From positions 33,616 through 97,615 of the forward strand of contig JBEBUJ010000001.1 of the NCBI GenBank assembly GCA_040393365.1: a DNA stretch of 64,000 nt, in the 5' to 3' direction. The notes below the pieces were generated by a model. It did not search any database. It was not told where the DNA came from and saw nothing but the letters and a program-made list of their open reading frames with translations. Shown one piece after another: positions 34,413 to 43,523 of the stretch. Source of the DNA: Leucobacter denitrificans. Lineage in GTDB: Bacteria > Actinomycetota > Actinomycetes > Actinomycetales > Microbacteriaceae. Both the position numbers and the translations under genes were made by a program. Numbering within the stretch: position 1 is the first letter of the stretch; each line of letters starts with the position of its first letter.

Positions 34413-34421
34413 TAACAAGTC

Positions 34422-34479
34422 TTCGCTTCAAACGGCCTAAAGGTGCCGCCCGAAGCAAATCATGTGAGGTAGATATTCA
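34422..34479 (+). ncRNA. Candidate structured 5'-leader RNA, copy 2
   Basis: GCTTC-AAA-CGGC...GCCG-CCC-GAAGC hairpin; compensatory pair relative to copy 1. Confidence 0.5.
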
Positions 34480-35205
34480 GTGATTCCAAACCCAAGTACC
34501 GAGATCGTAGCGGCGACCACTCCAGCAGCTCCAACCTCGGCGAAGGCCAAGAAGATCGCAAAAGTTGCCGGCGCAGCCGCGTTCACATTCGCAATGTTCG
34601 GCACGCTCGCCTTGCCGGCATATGCACTGAACCCGTCGACAAACGTCGAGGCTGAGGTCGTGCAGGCATCTACGGCACAGACAATCAAGGTCTCGGCCGG
34701 TCCGGCGCTGACACCAATTGATGACGTTCCGCTCGAGGTGGCCAGCAGCATCGTTGAGCAGGAGCAGCGCGAGCGTGCGATTGCTGATGCTGAAGCGGCG
34801 GCAGAAGCTGCTGCGGAACAGCAAGAGGCGGCTGACGCCCAAGCGGCCGCTGCGGTTGACGTGCCCGCGGGTGAGGGTGCCAGTGGCATCGTGAACGCCG
34901 CGCTCGCACAGCTTGGTGTTGCGCAGGATTGCACCGCACTCGTTGAGAAGTCGCTCCGTGCGGTTGGACTCTCGGTGGGAGATCTCGCACCTGCGCAGTT
35001 CACTGCGTACGGCCCGAGCGTCGGTTACGTTCACGGCAGCACAGTGCTCGCTCCCGGAGACATTCTCATCTGGGGCAATGCCCACGTGGCGATCTACGTC
35101 GGCGGCGGCAGCGTTGTTCACGGTGGATGGGACGGATTCACCACGGTGGTCGCAGGCCTCAGCACCTACCACGGCCTCCCCACGACTGTGGTTCGTATGA
35201 GCTAA
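34480..35205 (+). CDS. Secreted NlpC/P60 (C40) peptidoglycan endopeptidase, copy 2
   Basis: Paralog of copy 1; QDCT..PGDIL..HVAIYVG..VHGG. Confidence 0.9.
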   Translation: MIPNPSTEIVAATTPAAPTSAKAKKIAKVAGAAAFTFAMFGTLALPAYALNPSTNVEAEVVQASTAQTIKVSAGPALTPIDDVPLEVASSIVEQEQRERAIADAEAAAEAAAEQQEAADAQAAAAVDVPAGEGASGIVNAALAQLGVAQDCTALVEKSLRAVGLSVGDLAPAQFTAYGPSVGYVHGSTVLAPGDILIWGNAHVAIYVGGGSVVHGGWDGFTTVVAGLSTYHGLPTTVVRMS

Positions 35206-35218
35206 TCAGGTTTTCTTT

Positions 35219-35257
35219 CGAAGGGCGCGGCTTGCGGCTGCGCCCTTCGTTGTTTCT
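35219..35257 (+). terminator. Intrinsic terminator after copy 2
   Basis: CGAAGGGCGCGGC-ttgcg-GCTGCGCCCTTCG followed by TTGTTTCT. Confidence 0.85.
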
Positions 35258-35370
35258 GTAAACTCAGAGCTTCCGTAGCCTCGTCGGAGATATGCCATCT
35301 CAGACGACCTGAGCTTTCAGTCTGAAGCCTTGCTCTGCGCTAGACTCTCAGAGGCCCCTTTTGAGGCCGC

Positions 35371-35446
35371 GCCTCAGTAGCTCAGTGGATAGAGCACTTC
35401 TCTCCTAAAGAAGGTGTCGTAGGTTCGATTCCTATCTGGGGCACCA
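35371..35446 (+). tRNA. tRNA-Arg (anticodon CCT)
   Basis: 76-nt cloverleaf: acceptor GCCTCAG/CTGGGGC, anticodon arm CTTCT-CTCCTAA-AGAAG, TTCGATT T-loop, encoded CCA. Confidence 0.97.
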
Positions 35447-35497
35447 GTTGATCACTGTGCACTTCGTTTCATCAGAACTGGCAAGTGCCCGTGATGC

Positions 35498-35716
35498 TCA
35501 GCTTTGATCGGCGTCTACCGCACCGAGCTCTTCAAAGGCGGCTTCGCTCGTGTCGAACGGGCCGCTATTCAGTCCATCAGGCAGCGCGTTTGAACGTTCT
35601 GCAATGATCCGCCAGAGGTTGTTCTCGCCGCGTTCGACGGTCGCGAGTTTTTCTTCATCTCGCCCGACGATATCGAATTGGGAATCTGAAACGACTTTGA
35701 ATCTGAGGAGCGCCAT
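35498..35716 (-). CDS. Small hypothetical protein
   Basis: 72-aa ORF MALLRFKVV..GPFDTSEAAFEEL with globular-looking composition. Confidence 0.6.
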   Translation of the reverse strand: MALLRFKVVSDSQFDIVGRDEEKLATVERGENNLWRIIAERSNALPDGLNSGPFDTSEAAFEELGAVDADQS

Positions 35717-36005
35717 TTCGTAACCGTAACCGGGTACATTGCTTGGCAACAACCGCCTTGAAGTTTGGCCGACCATCAGCTAGCAAACCGAATCCCTCGA
35801 GCGGAAGCTTGAGGTGATTACCATTCGTGGAGCCATTTGTCGGAGTCGCACATAGAAAAAAGATTGGTTAAACGTAGATAGTTCGTAATTTTTCGCCTTG
35901 AACGTACTACATTGGTCACCGAGCGCGTGAATGTCGCTGAACGTTAAAAGTTGCTCTACAAAGCTTGCATGGAGTCACTAACGGCCATTTCTAAGGAGCC
36001 CAAAC

Positions 36006-36377
36006 ATGGAAACCGCCCCAATTCTTGCGTGGACACTTCGCAATGAAATTCCGGTGCCGAATGACATCGTTCCGTTGCTAGCACAGGGAGAAGAAGCGGT
36101 TGCGTCATTTCAAACCTTCAGGGACTCAGCGACATTTACCACGAAGCGACTCATTGTTCGTGATGCTCAAGGTCTTACAGGCAAGAAGGTTGAAATCTAC
36201 TCACTCCCGTACAGCTCCATCAACATGTGGTCGTCCGAAAACGCAGGTGGAATTCTTGATCGCGACGGTGAGATTGAGCTCTGGACTCGTGCTGGTCATA
36301 TAAAGGTGAAATTGGGTAAAGGGGCTGATGTTCGTCGCATCGACAGTCTGATTGCCTGGGCGGTACTCAACTCGTAG
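36006..36377 (+). CDS. Bacterial PH-domain protein (bPH_1)
   Basis: RDSATFTTKRLIVRDAQGLTGKKVEIYSLPY; AAGGAG RBS. Confidence 0.9.
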   Translation: METAPILAWTLRNEIPVPNDIVPLLAQGEEAVASFQTFRDSATFTTKRLIVRDAQGLTGKKVEIYSLPYSSINMWSSENAGGILDRDGEIELWTRAGHIKVKLGKGADVRRIDSLIAWAVLNS

Positions 36378-36389
36378 GCCTCGAGAAAA

Positions 36390-37286
36390 CTACTCAACCA
36401 CCGCGGCGCGCACCGCGGATTCTGCGGTGCTGTGCGTGAAGGTGAATCCGCTCGACTCGAGAACGCTGGGGCGCACGTCCGCATCGACGGTGAGTAGCGA
36501 TTCGGTCGCCGCCTTTCCAAGAACAAGCTTGAGTCCCCACGCTGGGGCAGGGAGCCAGAACGGTCTGTGCAGCTCGCGCGCGAGCGACCGGCCGATCTCG
36601 TTAGCGGTCGCCGGCGTGGGCCCGCAGAGGTTGATCGGACCAGAGAGTCTCTCGTCGATGATGTGGAGGATCGCGCGCACTTCGTCGTCAAGGGAGATCC
36701 ACGGCCATATCTGCGTGCCCCTGCCCAGCGGGCCACCGAGACCAAGCGACGTCAGGGTGATCATTGGGCGCAGCACGCCGTGACGGTGGATCACTGGCGC
36801 TGTGCGCACAAGGGCGACGCGAGTGACAGTCTCGGCCTCGCGGGCCGCGCCTTCCCACGCGACGCACAGTTTCGCGAGGAAGGTCTCGCCAGCTCTGGCG
36901 GACTCGGAGAGTACCTCACCTGGCGCGGAGCCGTAATACCCGACTGCAGATCCTGACACGAGCGGGGGCGCCTTAGCCCCGAGCTCGCGAAGTGCGCCGA
37001 CCATGGTCCGCACCGAATCGAGCCGCGAACTGAGCAACGTCTCACGATACGACTTCGTCCACGGCATCCGGCCGACACTTGCGCCGTTCAACAGCACCAC
37101 CGCGTCGGCGCTCTCAATGTCCCGGGGTGCGAGTCGCCGAGCAGCGGGATCCCATTCAACCTCCCCAGAATGGCGAGCGGGCCGTCGCACGAGAGTGGTG
37201 ACTCGATCGCCCCGCGCGGTTGCTGCGCGAACCAGGCCTTGCCCAATCAGTCCAGACGCACCCGCAATGACAATATGGCGACTCAT
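36390..37286 (-). CDS. TIGR01777 family NAD-dependent epimerase/oxidoreductase
   Basis: AGASGLIG, SAVGYYG, FLAKLCVAWE, GTQIWPWISLDD. Confidence 0.93.
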   Translation of the reverse strand: MSRHIVIAGASGLIGQGLVRAATARGDRVTTLVRRPARHSGEVEWDPAARRLAPRDIESADAVVLLNGASVGRMPWTKSYRETLLSSRLDSVRTMVGALRELGAKAPPLVSGSAVGYYGSAPGEVLSESARAGETFLAKLCVAWEGAAREAETVTRVALVRTAPVIHRHGVLRPMITLTSLGLGGPLGRGTQIWPWISLDDEVRAILHIIDERLSGPINLCGPTPATANEIGRSLARELHRPFWLPAPAWGLKLVLGKAATESLLTVDADVRPSVLESSGFTFTHSTAESAVRAAVVE

Positions 37287-37711
37287 ATTCGCTCCCAACT
37301 CTCGATAACTCCCGGTATGAGTGTAAAGAGCGGATGGGGCGTGGGGGTGGATCGGCGCCATCGCTCTGCGTCTTCCGGGCTTCGACGCGCAAGCTTCTCG
37401 CCGAGATGCGCCCATTCGTAGGCGAGTTGCCCTTCGGTCACAGTGAGGAGCTCGGGAAAGTGATCCGCAACGAGAATTTTGCGATCGTCGAAGCGATACC
37501 CGCGCCGTTCGGCCTCTCGATGTAACTCGGTGAGGTAGTTCCCGATTACAGCGAGTGGCTCAGTAGCGGCACGGAAGCGAATGAGCTGCGGATGATGCTG
37601 GTATCCCTTCGTACGTGCCGCGAGTACCGCCTGTGCGAGGAGTGCCTCGCGCCATCCCGCGACGAGCCCCGCGCGGTCAAGGTGTGATGGGTGGAGCGAC
37701 CACAGTCTCAT
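37283..37711 (-). CDS. Pyrimidine-dimer DNA glycosylase / T4 endonuclease V family protein
   Basis: MRLWSLHPSHLD..LVAGWREALLAQAVL..GYQHHPQL..EAERRGYRFD. Confidence 0.88.
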   Translation of the reverse strand: MRLWSLHPSHLDRAGLVAGWREALLAQAVLAARTKGYQHHPQLIRFRAATEPLAVIGNYLTELHREAERRGYRFDDRKILVADHFPELLTVTEGQLAYEWAHLGEKLARRSPEDAERWRRSTPTPHPLFTLIPGVIESWERI

Positions 37712-38895
37712 AGCTGATTCCATTCGAGAATCAGCAGCAGAGTCACGAGAAACCCAGAGAAGTAGTTGAGCACGATAAATCTGCGCCAAGCGCGGTTCGT
37801 TGTCGCCGATGCCTCATCGGTGACAAACCAATACGGTGCGCAGTTCAGCAGGTAGGGGAGCGCAATGATCGCCGCGAGCGGCCCCGGCCACTCCGTGAAC
37901 ACCACCAGTACTCCGGCAATAAGCCAGAGCGTAAGTGCGAGCCGAACAGTCGTGCGTGCACCAATCACGGTCGCAAGCGAGTGGATCCCCGCTTCGCGGT
38001 CGGGCACGATGTCTTGTACCGCGCCAAACGCGTGAGCCGCCATACCCCAGAGGAAGAACGCGGCGAGCAACAGCACCAGACTCCCGTCGAACCTTGCACC
38101 CGCGAGGAGTAGACCGACGACGGCTGGGCTTACAAAGTGGGTACTCGACGTCAGGGAATCGAGGAACGGCAGTTCCTTGAACCGAAGCGCTGGCGCTGAA
38201 TACGCGACAACCGCGAAGGCGCTGACAGCGAGCGCGATCCACACCACTGGGCCACCGGCCGCGCCAAGCACGATCAAGAGTGGAATATTAGTGAGCGCGG
38301 CGATCCACAACGTTGGGCGATGCAGGCGGGGCGAGAGGAGCGCGCCTTCGATGCCGCCTTTGCGAGGGTTCGCGAGATCTGACGCATAGTCGAAGACATC
38401 GTTGATGCCGTACATCGCGAAGTTATAGGGGATGAGGAAGTAGAAGAACCCGAGAAGCAATACCCAGTCAATCTCGCGCGTGACCAGCAAGTATGCGGCG
38501 CCGAAAGGAAACGCGGTGTTGATCCAACTGACGGGTCTTGACGAGAGCACGAGCTGCGCGAAGTCACGACGCCGTTCAGTGCCGCCGCGGGCGAACGCGA
38601 CCCAGAGGGCAGGGAGGAGGAACGCGCCCGCGATCGGATACGAGAAGTCTTCAATCGGCGCAAGGCCAATGTGCAGCCCGAGAAGATGCTCGGGGGAGTA
38701 GTGAAATAGCTCTGCGGCGATCATCAGGCTGTCGAACACTGCCGTGAGTACCACGAGCGCGATGGCCGTCACTGCGACGGCAATCACGTAGCGGCCTCTG
38801 GGTACGGGCGTGCGCTTCTGGGTGACGTAGCCAAGTACGACAGATGCACTCAGCGCGACGATCACGCCTACGATCGCTAACACCCCATAGCTCAT
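37708..38895 (-). CDS. Fused C50 carotenoid cyclase subunit (CrtYf-like) and lycopene elongase (CrtEb-like prenyltransferase)
   Basis: N-terminal LTAVFDSLMI..APIEDFSY cyclase motif continues in frame into SSRPVSWINTAFPF..YGINDVFDY UbiA-type domain. Confidence 0.88.
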   Translation of the reverse strand: MSYGVLAIVGVIVALSASVVLGYVTQKRTPVPRGRYVIAVAVTAIALVVLTAVFDSLMIAAELFHYSPEHLLGLHIGLAPIEDFSYPIAGAFLLPALWVAFARGGTERRRDFAQLVLSSRPVSWINTAFPFGAAYLLVTREIDWVLLLGFFYFLIPYNFAMYGINDVFDYASDLANPRKGGIEGALLSPRLHRPTLWIAALTNIPLLIVLGAAGGPVVWIALAVSAFAVVAYSAPALRFKELPFLDSLTSSTHFVSPAVVGLLLAGARFDGSLVLLLAAFFLWGMAAHAFGAVQDIVPDREAGIHSLATVIGARTTVRLALTLWLIAGVLVVFTEWPGPLAAIIALPYLLNCAPYWFVTDEASATTNRAWRRFIVLNYFSGFLVTLLLILEWNQL

Positions 38896-39215
38896 GGCGC
38901 CATCCGCCGTTCGAGGATCTTGACCGTGCCAGTGAAGATCACCATCGTGCAGAGCACGAGGAAAATGAGAAAGACGGGCTCTTCGAGGGGAAGCTCTGGG
39001 GCGAGAACGATGCCCGAGGCGATGACCGCATCGCCCCGCAAGAAGACACCGGCCGCGATTCCCGCAACATCCCAGAGCAAAAAGAGCGTCGTACCGATAG
39101 TGGTAACAAGCAGCGCGATTGCCGGATCGTGCCAGAAGAACAGACCAAAGCGGCGGTCGATCAAGAGCATGCACCCGATTCCAGCGAGCAAGCTCAGCAG
39201 ATAGAGCAGCCCCAT
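38892..39215 (-). CDS. C50 carotenoid cyclase subunit (CrtYe-like)
   Basis: FLLWDVAGI..LPLEEPVFL lycopene cyclase domain. Confidence 0.88.
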   Translation of the reverse strand: MGLLYLLSLLAGIGCMLLIDRRFGLFFWHDPAIALLVTTIGTTLFLLWDVAGIAAGVFLRGDAVIASGIVLAPELPLEEPVFLIFLVLCTMVIFTGTVKILERRMAP

Positions 39216-40834
39216 TAGCGAACCGACTCAGTAACACTCGGAACGGGAAGGGGCCCAGCGGTATGGTCGCCTCTGATCCGCTTCAACACGAGCTCAGCGC
39301 TGATGAGACACATTGGAACGCCGACACCGGGCGCTGTGGTCGCGCCCGCGTAGTAAAGACCCGCGACCTTTTTCGAAGCGTTTTGCGGTCGGAACATCGC
39401 GCTTTGGCTGAGAGTATGTGCGGGACCGAGCATGCCGCCTCTCCAGGAATAATAATCGCTTGCGAAGTCAGCGGGGCCGATCGATCGGCGCAAGACGATC
39501 CGCTGGCGCAAATCGGGAATCGTGGCCCAGTCAGAGATTTGTTCGATTGCCGCGTCGACTGCACGCTCAACAAGCTCTGATGACCCACCGCGCATTGTTC
39601 CCTTTCCGATCTGAGAATCTGCTGGCACTGGGATGAGTACGAAGAGATTCTCATGACCGGGCGGGGCGACGGAGGGATCCGTCGCGCTTGGTTTGCAGAC
39701 GTAAATCGAAGCCGGATCAGGGATGCGCGTAGTCGAGCCGAAGATCGCGTCGAAGTTTGCGGCCCAATCCTTTGTGAAGAAGAGAGAGTGGTGAGGGAGT
39801 TCCGGAAGCTGGCCCCGTACACCGAGCATGGCAATGACCGCGCCCGGGCCGCTCGTACGTCGACTCCACCAGCGTTCGGCGTAACTCTGATCTGCCTGAT
39901 CGAGTAAGCGGGTTTCGGTGTGGTGCAGATCCGCCCCCGACACGACGATATCCGCCGCCTCAAACTCTGCGGGGGCATCTCCTTCGGTGCCCTGGGCCCA
40001 AGTGACCCCCGTGACCTGACGTCGTCGGCGCGGCGTTTGCGGTGAAGAGCAGCGGTCGGTGTGGATCCGCAGCACCTCTGCGTTTGTGACAATGCGCGCG
40101 CCCGCCGACAGGGCGAGTGCCTCGAGCCGCTCAACGAGAGTCCAGAACCCACCCATCGGGTATCTCACGCCTTCATCGAGGTCGAGAGCGCTCATGAGAT
40201 GGTACATCGCCGGAGCGGCGGCAGGGTGAGTGCCGAGGAATACCGCTGGGTATCCGAGCACCTGCCGCAGCACCGGGTCAGAGAACTTTCGGGCGACGTA
40301 GGAGTCGAGCGAGGTAGCAAGCAGCCGAACGAGCCCCGGTATGCCAGTCAGAATCTCACGCTTCACGAGCGGCGTGAGATTCGTGAACGGATTATAGAGA
40401 AAGTAACGCTCGGCAAGCTCCGTCGTGCGTCGCGCCGACTCGAGATAGGTGTGCAGAGCCGTAGCGCTACCTGGCTCGACGCGCTCAAAAGTCTCGAGCA
40501 CCCGCGAACTGTCGAGTGGAATGGTGAGCGGATTTCGGCGCGAACCATCACTCCCTGGCTCGCTGAATACGCGGTAACCGGGTTCGAGAAATTGCAGGTC
40601 GAGTTGTTCGTCGGCCGAGGTTCCGAGCAGTTCGAAGAAGTGGTTGAACACGCGCGGCATCAGGTACCAGGAGGGTCCGGTGTCGAAACGAAAGCCGTCT
40701 TGGGTGAACGTACCTGCCCGGCCGCCTACCCGATCGTTCTTCTCGAGCACTGTGACGTCGTGCCCCTCGTGAGCGAGAAGCGCCGCGGTTGCCAGGCCCG
40801 CGATCCCAGCTCCAATGACGACCGTGCGAGTCAT
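39215..40834 (-). CDS. crtI: Phytoene desaturase
   Basis: GAGIAGL, FRFDTGPSWYLM, LYYAGATTAPGVGVPMCLISA. Confidence 0.96.
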   Translation of the reverse strand: MTRTVVIGAGIAGLATAALLAHEGHDVTVLEKNDRVGGRAGTFTQDGFRFDTGPSWYLMPRVFNHFFELLGTSADEQLDLQFLEPGYRVFSEPGSDGSRRNPLTIPLDSSRVLETFERVEPGSATALHTYLESARRTTELAERYFLYNPFTNLTPLVKREILTGIPGLVRLLATSLDSYVARKFSDPVLRQVLGYPAVFLGTHPAAAPAMYHLMSALDLDEGVRYPMGGFWTLVERLEALALSAGARIVTNAEVLRIHTDRCSSPQTPRRRRQVTGVTWAQGTEGDAPAEFEAADIVVSGADLHHTETRLLDQADQSYAERWWSRRTSGPGAVIAMLGVRGQLPELPHHSLFFTKDWAANFDAIFGSTTRIPDPASIYVCKPSATDPSVAPPGHENLFVLIPVPADSQIGKGTMRGGSSELVERAVDAAIEQISDWATIPDLRQRIVLRRSIGPADFASDYYSWRGGMLGPAHTLSQSAMFRPQNASKKVAGLYYAGATTAPGVGVPMCLISAELVLKRIRGDHTAGPLPVPSVTESVR

Positions 40835-41745
40835 CTCTTGCCTTCCATGAGCGTGGTGAGCACCGCAGAAGATGCGAGCGCCGCTTTGAGGGGGTCTGGT
40901 ACCCGAACGCGCGAGCGGTAGAGGTCTGCGACGGATGTGCGAGCAAGGCGATCTGTCAGGTGGGCAAAGAGTGAAAGCGCGCTCCGCACCGCGGCGCGAG
41001 CATCAGAGGGCAGAAGGGGGATGGCGCGCTCCGCCTCGGTGAGCTGCGATCGAATCTCAGCTACCCAGAACGTCAGGTCGTCATCGGTGAGCGAGCCGTC
41101 GCGGCCGAGATAGCTGCGGCCGAGCCTATTGGTATCGTCGCCGAGGTCGCGAAGAAAGTTGATGTTCTGAAACGCCGCACCGAGTTGGCGGGCTCCGTGT
41201 TCGAGTTTCTGTCGCTCGGTTTCGCTTAACTTGGAATGGCGAACGAAGACTCGAAGACACATGAGTCCCACAACTTCAGCTGAACCGTGCACATAGTCGG
41301 CGTGCGCCTGGCGATCGAACACCAACTGGCGTTCCCCGTTGCCAGCTTCGAGGTCAGCGCGCATGGACGAAAAGAACGGCGCCGTGAGTTCTTCGTCGAT
41401 ACCCGAATCGCGCGCAGTCTGCGCGAATGCGTGAATGACGAGGTCAGTGCTGTACCCGGTACGAATAGCGAGGTGAGTTTCGGTCTCGTAGCGCTCGAGG
41501 GCAGCAAACTGCTCCTCACGCGAGAGACCGGCCTCGCTCGCGACCCCATCGACGATCTCGTCGGCAACCCGAACGAGGGCATAAATGTTTCGCACATGAC
41601 TTCTGTGTCGTTTTCCGAGCAATTGGGTAGCAAGGCCGAACGAGGTTGAGTATGCGCCGATCACATTCCCAGACACGGCCTCTGCGGTTTGTGAGAACTG
41701 AGCGAGAGACGAGCGGGGCTTCCCACCTCTCTGGGGCCTGGTCAT
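40831..41745 (-). CDS. crtB: Phytoene synthase
   Basis: YSTSF, VRVADEIVD, AFQNINFLRDL. Confidence 0.95.
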   Translation of the reverse strand: MTRPQRGGKPRSSLAQFSQTAEAVSGNVIGAYSTSFGLATQLLGKRHRSHVRNIYALVRVADEIVDGVASEAGLSREEQFAALERYETETHLAIRTGYSTDLVIHAFAQTARDSGIDEELTAPFFSSMRADLEAGNGERQLVFDRQAHADYVHGSAEVVGLMCLRVFVRHSKLSETERQKLEHGARQLGAAFQNINFLRDLGDDTNRLGRSYLGRDGSLTDDDLTFWVAEIRSQLTEAERAIPLLPSDARAAVRSALSLFAHLTDRLARTSVADLYRSRVRVPDPLKAALASSAVLTTLMEGKR

Positions 41746-42833
41746 GATTCTCGTCCCTCAATCCGAGCGACGAGATCGAGCAGCACCTGCCGCACACTGG
41801 TCGGCATACTCCCCGTCTCACTGCTCGCGGCAAGCAACTCGTAGAACGCGCTCAGCTGCTCCTGAATAAGCCCGAGCACGAAGCTCTCTGCGCCGCAGTC
41901 GCGCAGGGTGTCGCGCAGGTGCTCGGCGCGCTCGGGTGAGAGGTGTGGATCACCAAAATCTTGTTCAATATGGAGCCAGCTGTTGCTCATGCGCGCAAAC
42001 GAAATGATGGCTGTTTGTTTTCCTTCGCGAAGGTCCGAGTACGGATCCTTTCCGTGAATGTTTGCGTCACCGAAGGTTGACAACAGGTCATCTTGAAGCT
42101 GGTACGCGAGACCAAGGTGCGTCCCGGCGGCGCTGAGTCTGCCTTCCAATTCTGGCGATCCACCCGCAAGGATCACTGCAGCTCGCAGCGGGAGCTCGAA
42201 GCTGTAGCAGGCCGTTTTGCGAGCCGTCATCTGGAGCACAGTGCTGAGATCTGAGGTGATCACCCCGTCGCTCAGCCCAACATCGACAAACTCGCCAGCG
42301 GTCGTTTCGAATATCGTATGTTCGAGGAGATCAAGCAGCCGTTCTTTGAGGTGGGCAGGAATGCTGGCACGGGCAAAGAACTGATGTGCAGTGGAGAGTA
42401 AGAGATCTCCGGCGAGGATTGCACCTGACTGCGCCCAGTGTGTTGCGACGCCTGGGTGGACGCCGTCGAGTGATGAGGCTGCGAGCTCGCCGATAAGGTT
42501 TGGGTGCCCTCTGCGAAGCAGATCACCATCAATCACATCATCGTGAAGTAGAAACGCATAGTGGAGAACTTCGATAGCGGCAGCGATACGAAGAGCCTCG
42601 CCCCGATGAGGCACTTCTTCGGGGACGCTCAGCGCGTCGAAGGTTTCGAGAAGCAGCAGTGGGCGGACGAGCTTCCCACCTTGCGCGTGCCGAGCAGTGA
42701 GGTGCCAGAGTTGCAAGAACTCGGGGCCGTAGGTCTCGGCGGTGCGCCTCAAGCGAGCGAACAGCTCCTCGAGCTCCTCCGTAACCTCCACGCGAAGGCG
42801 TGTGTCAGAGCGAGTACGCAGAAGGTCTGTCAT
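41742..42833 (-). CDS. crtE: Geranylgeranyl diphosphate synthase
   Basis: GGKLVRP, LLHDDVIDGD, YQLQDD, DLREGK. Confidence 0.92.
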   Translation of the reverse strand: MTDLLRTRSDTRLRVEVTEELEELFARLRRTAETYGPEFLQLWHLTARHAQGGKLVRPLLLLETFDALSVPEEVPHRGEALRIAAAIEVLHYAFLLHDDVIDGDLLRRGHPNLIGELAASSLDGVHPGVATHWAQSGAILAGDLLLSTAHQFFARASIPAHLKERLLDLLEHTIFETTAGEFVDVGLSDGVITSDLSTVLQMTARKTACYSFELPLRAAVILAGGSPELEGRLSAAGTHLGLAYQLQDDLLSTFGDANIHGKDPYSDLREGKQTAIISFARMSNSWLHIEQDFGDPHLSPERAEHLRDTLRDCGAESFVLGLIQEQLSAFYELLAASSETGSMPTSVRQVLLDLVARIEGRES

Positions 42834-43432
42834 GTTCGTCCCACGCTCAGTTGTTCGACGGGATCCGTGGTCTCATTGGCGCTCAAGCCTGCAAGCGCTG
42901 GGAGTTGCAAGATCATCCAGGGGCTGAACGCGAATGGTGTGAGGATCGCGGCCTGAGAGAGTGCGGCAGGAGAGATCCACTGCCACTCCGCCACCTCTTC
43001 AGTATTCGGCGACAGGGCACCTGAAAGGGTCGCCCGGTACACGGGGCAGATCTCGTTCTCCACGATTCCACCGCTATCGGTCGCCCGATAGCTGAAATCG
43101 GGATCAAGGAGACGAAGATTATGGATCTGCGTGCCAAGCTCCTGCTCGGCACGTCGGGCGACAGCTGCCTCCGTCGATTCGCCGGGCTGGGGGTGTCCGC
43201 AGAAACTATTGGTCCAAACGCCAGGCCAAGTTACCTTCGAAAGCGCTCGACGAGTGACGAGCACGTCTCCCTCTTCATTGAACAGGTAGCAGGAGAACGC
43301 CAAATGGAGCGGGGTGGAATCGGTGTGGATGCGAGCTTTGTCTGCAGATCCGATCGCATTCCCCGCCCGGTCTACCAATACGACTCGTTCGACCGCTGGT
43401 CTGATGCCCTGGTCGTGGAGCAGTGTGCTCAT
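42830..43432 (-). CDS. idi: Isopentenyl-diphosphate isomerase type 1
   Basis: LHLAFSCY, WTNSFCGHP, ENEICPV. Confidence 0.95.
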   Translation of the reverse strand: MSTLLHDQGIRPAVERVVLVDRAGNAIGSADKARIHTDSTPLHLAFSCYLFNEEGDVLVTRRALSKVTWPGVWTNSFCGHPQPGESTEAAVARRAEQELGTQIHNLRLLDPDFSYRATDSGGIVENEICPVYRATLSGALSPNTEEVAEWQWISPAALSQAAILTPFAFSPWMILQLPALAGLSANETTDPVEQLSVGRT

Positions 43433-43523
43433 GTCTCACCTCATCGAGTTCCTAGCCTAAGATATTGCTAGCCTATCTAATAACATTCCAAGTTGAAAAC
43501 ACAACCTGCGATATTATGTGGGT

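Noticed and set aside
38896-39237. 114-aa N-terminal extension of the 509-aa ORF 37708..39237
   Set aside because: It overlaps the CrtYe-like gene in another frame; the ATG at 38895 gives the usual 4-bp coupling
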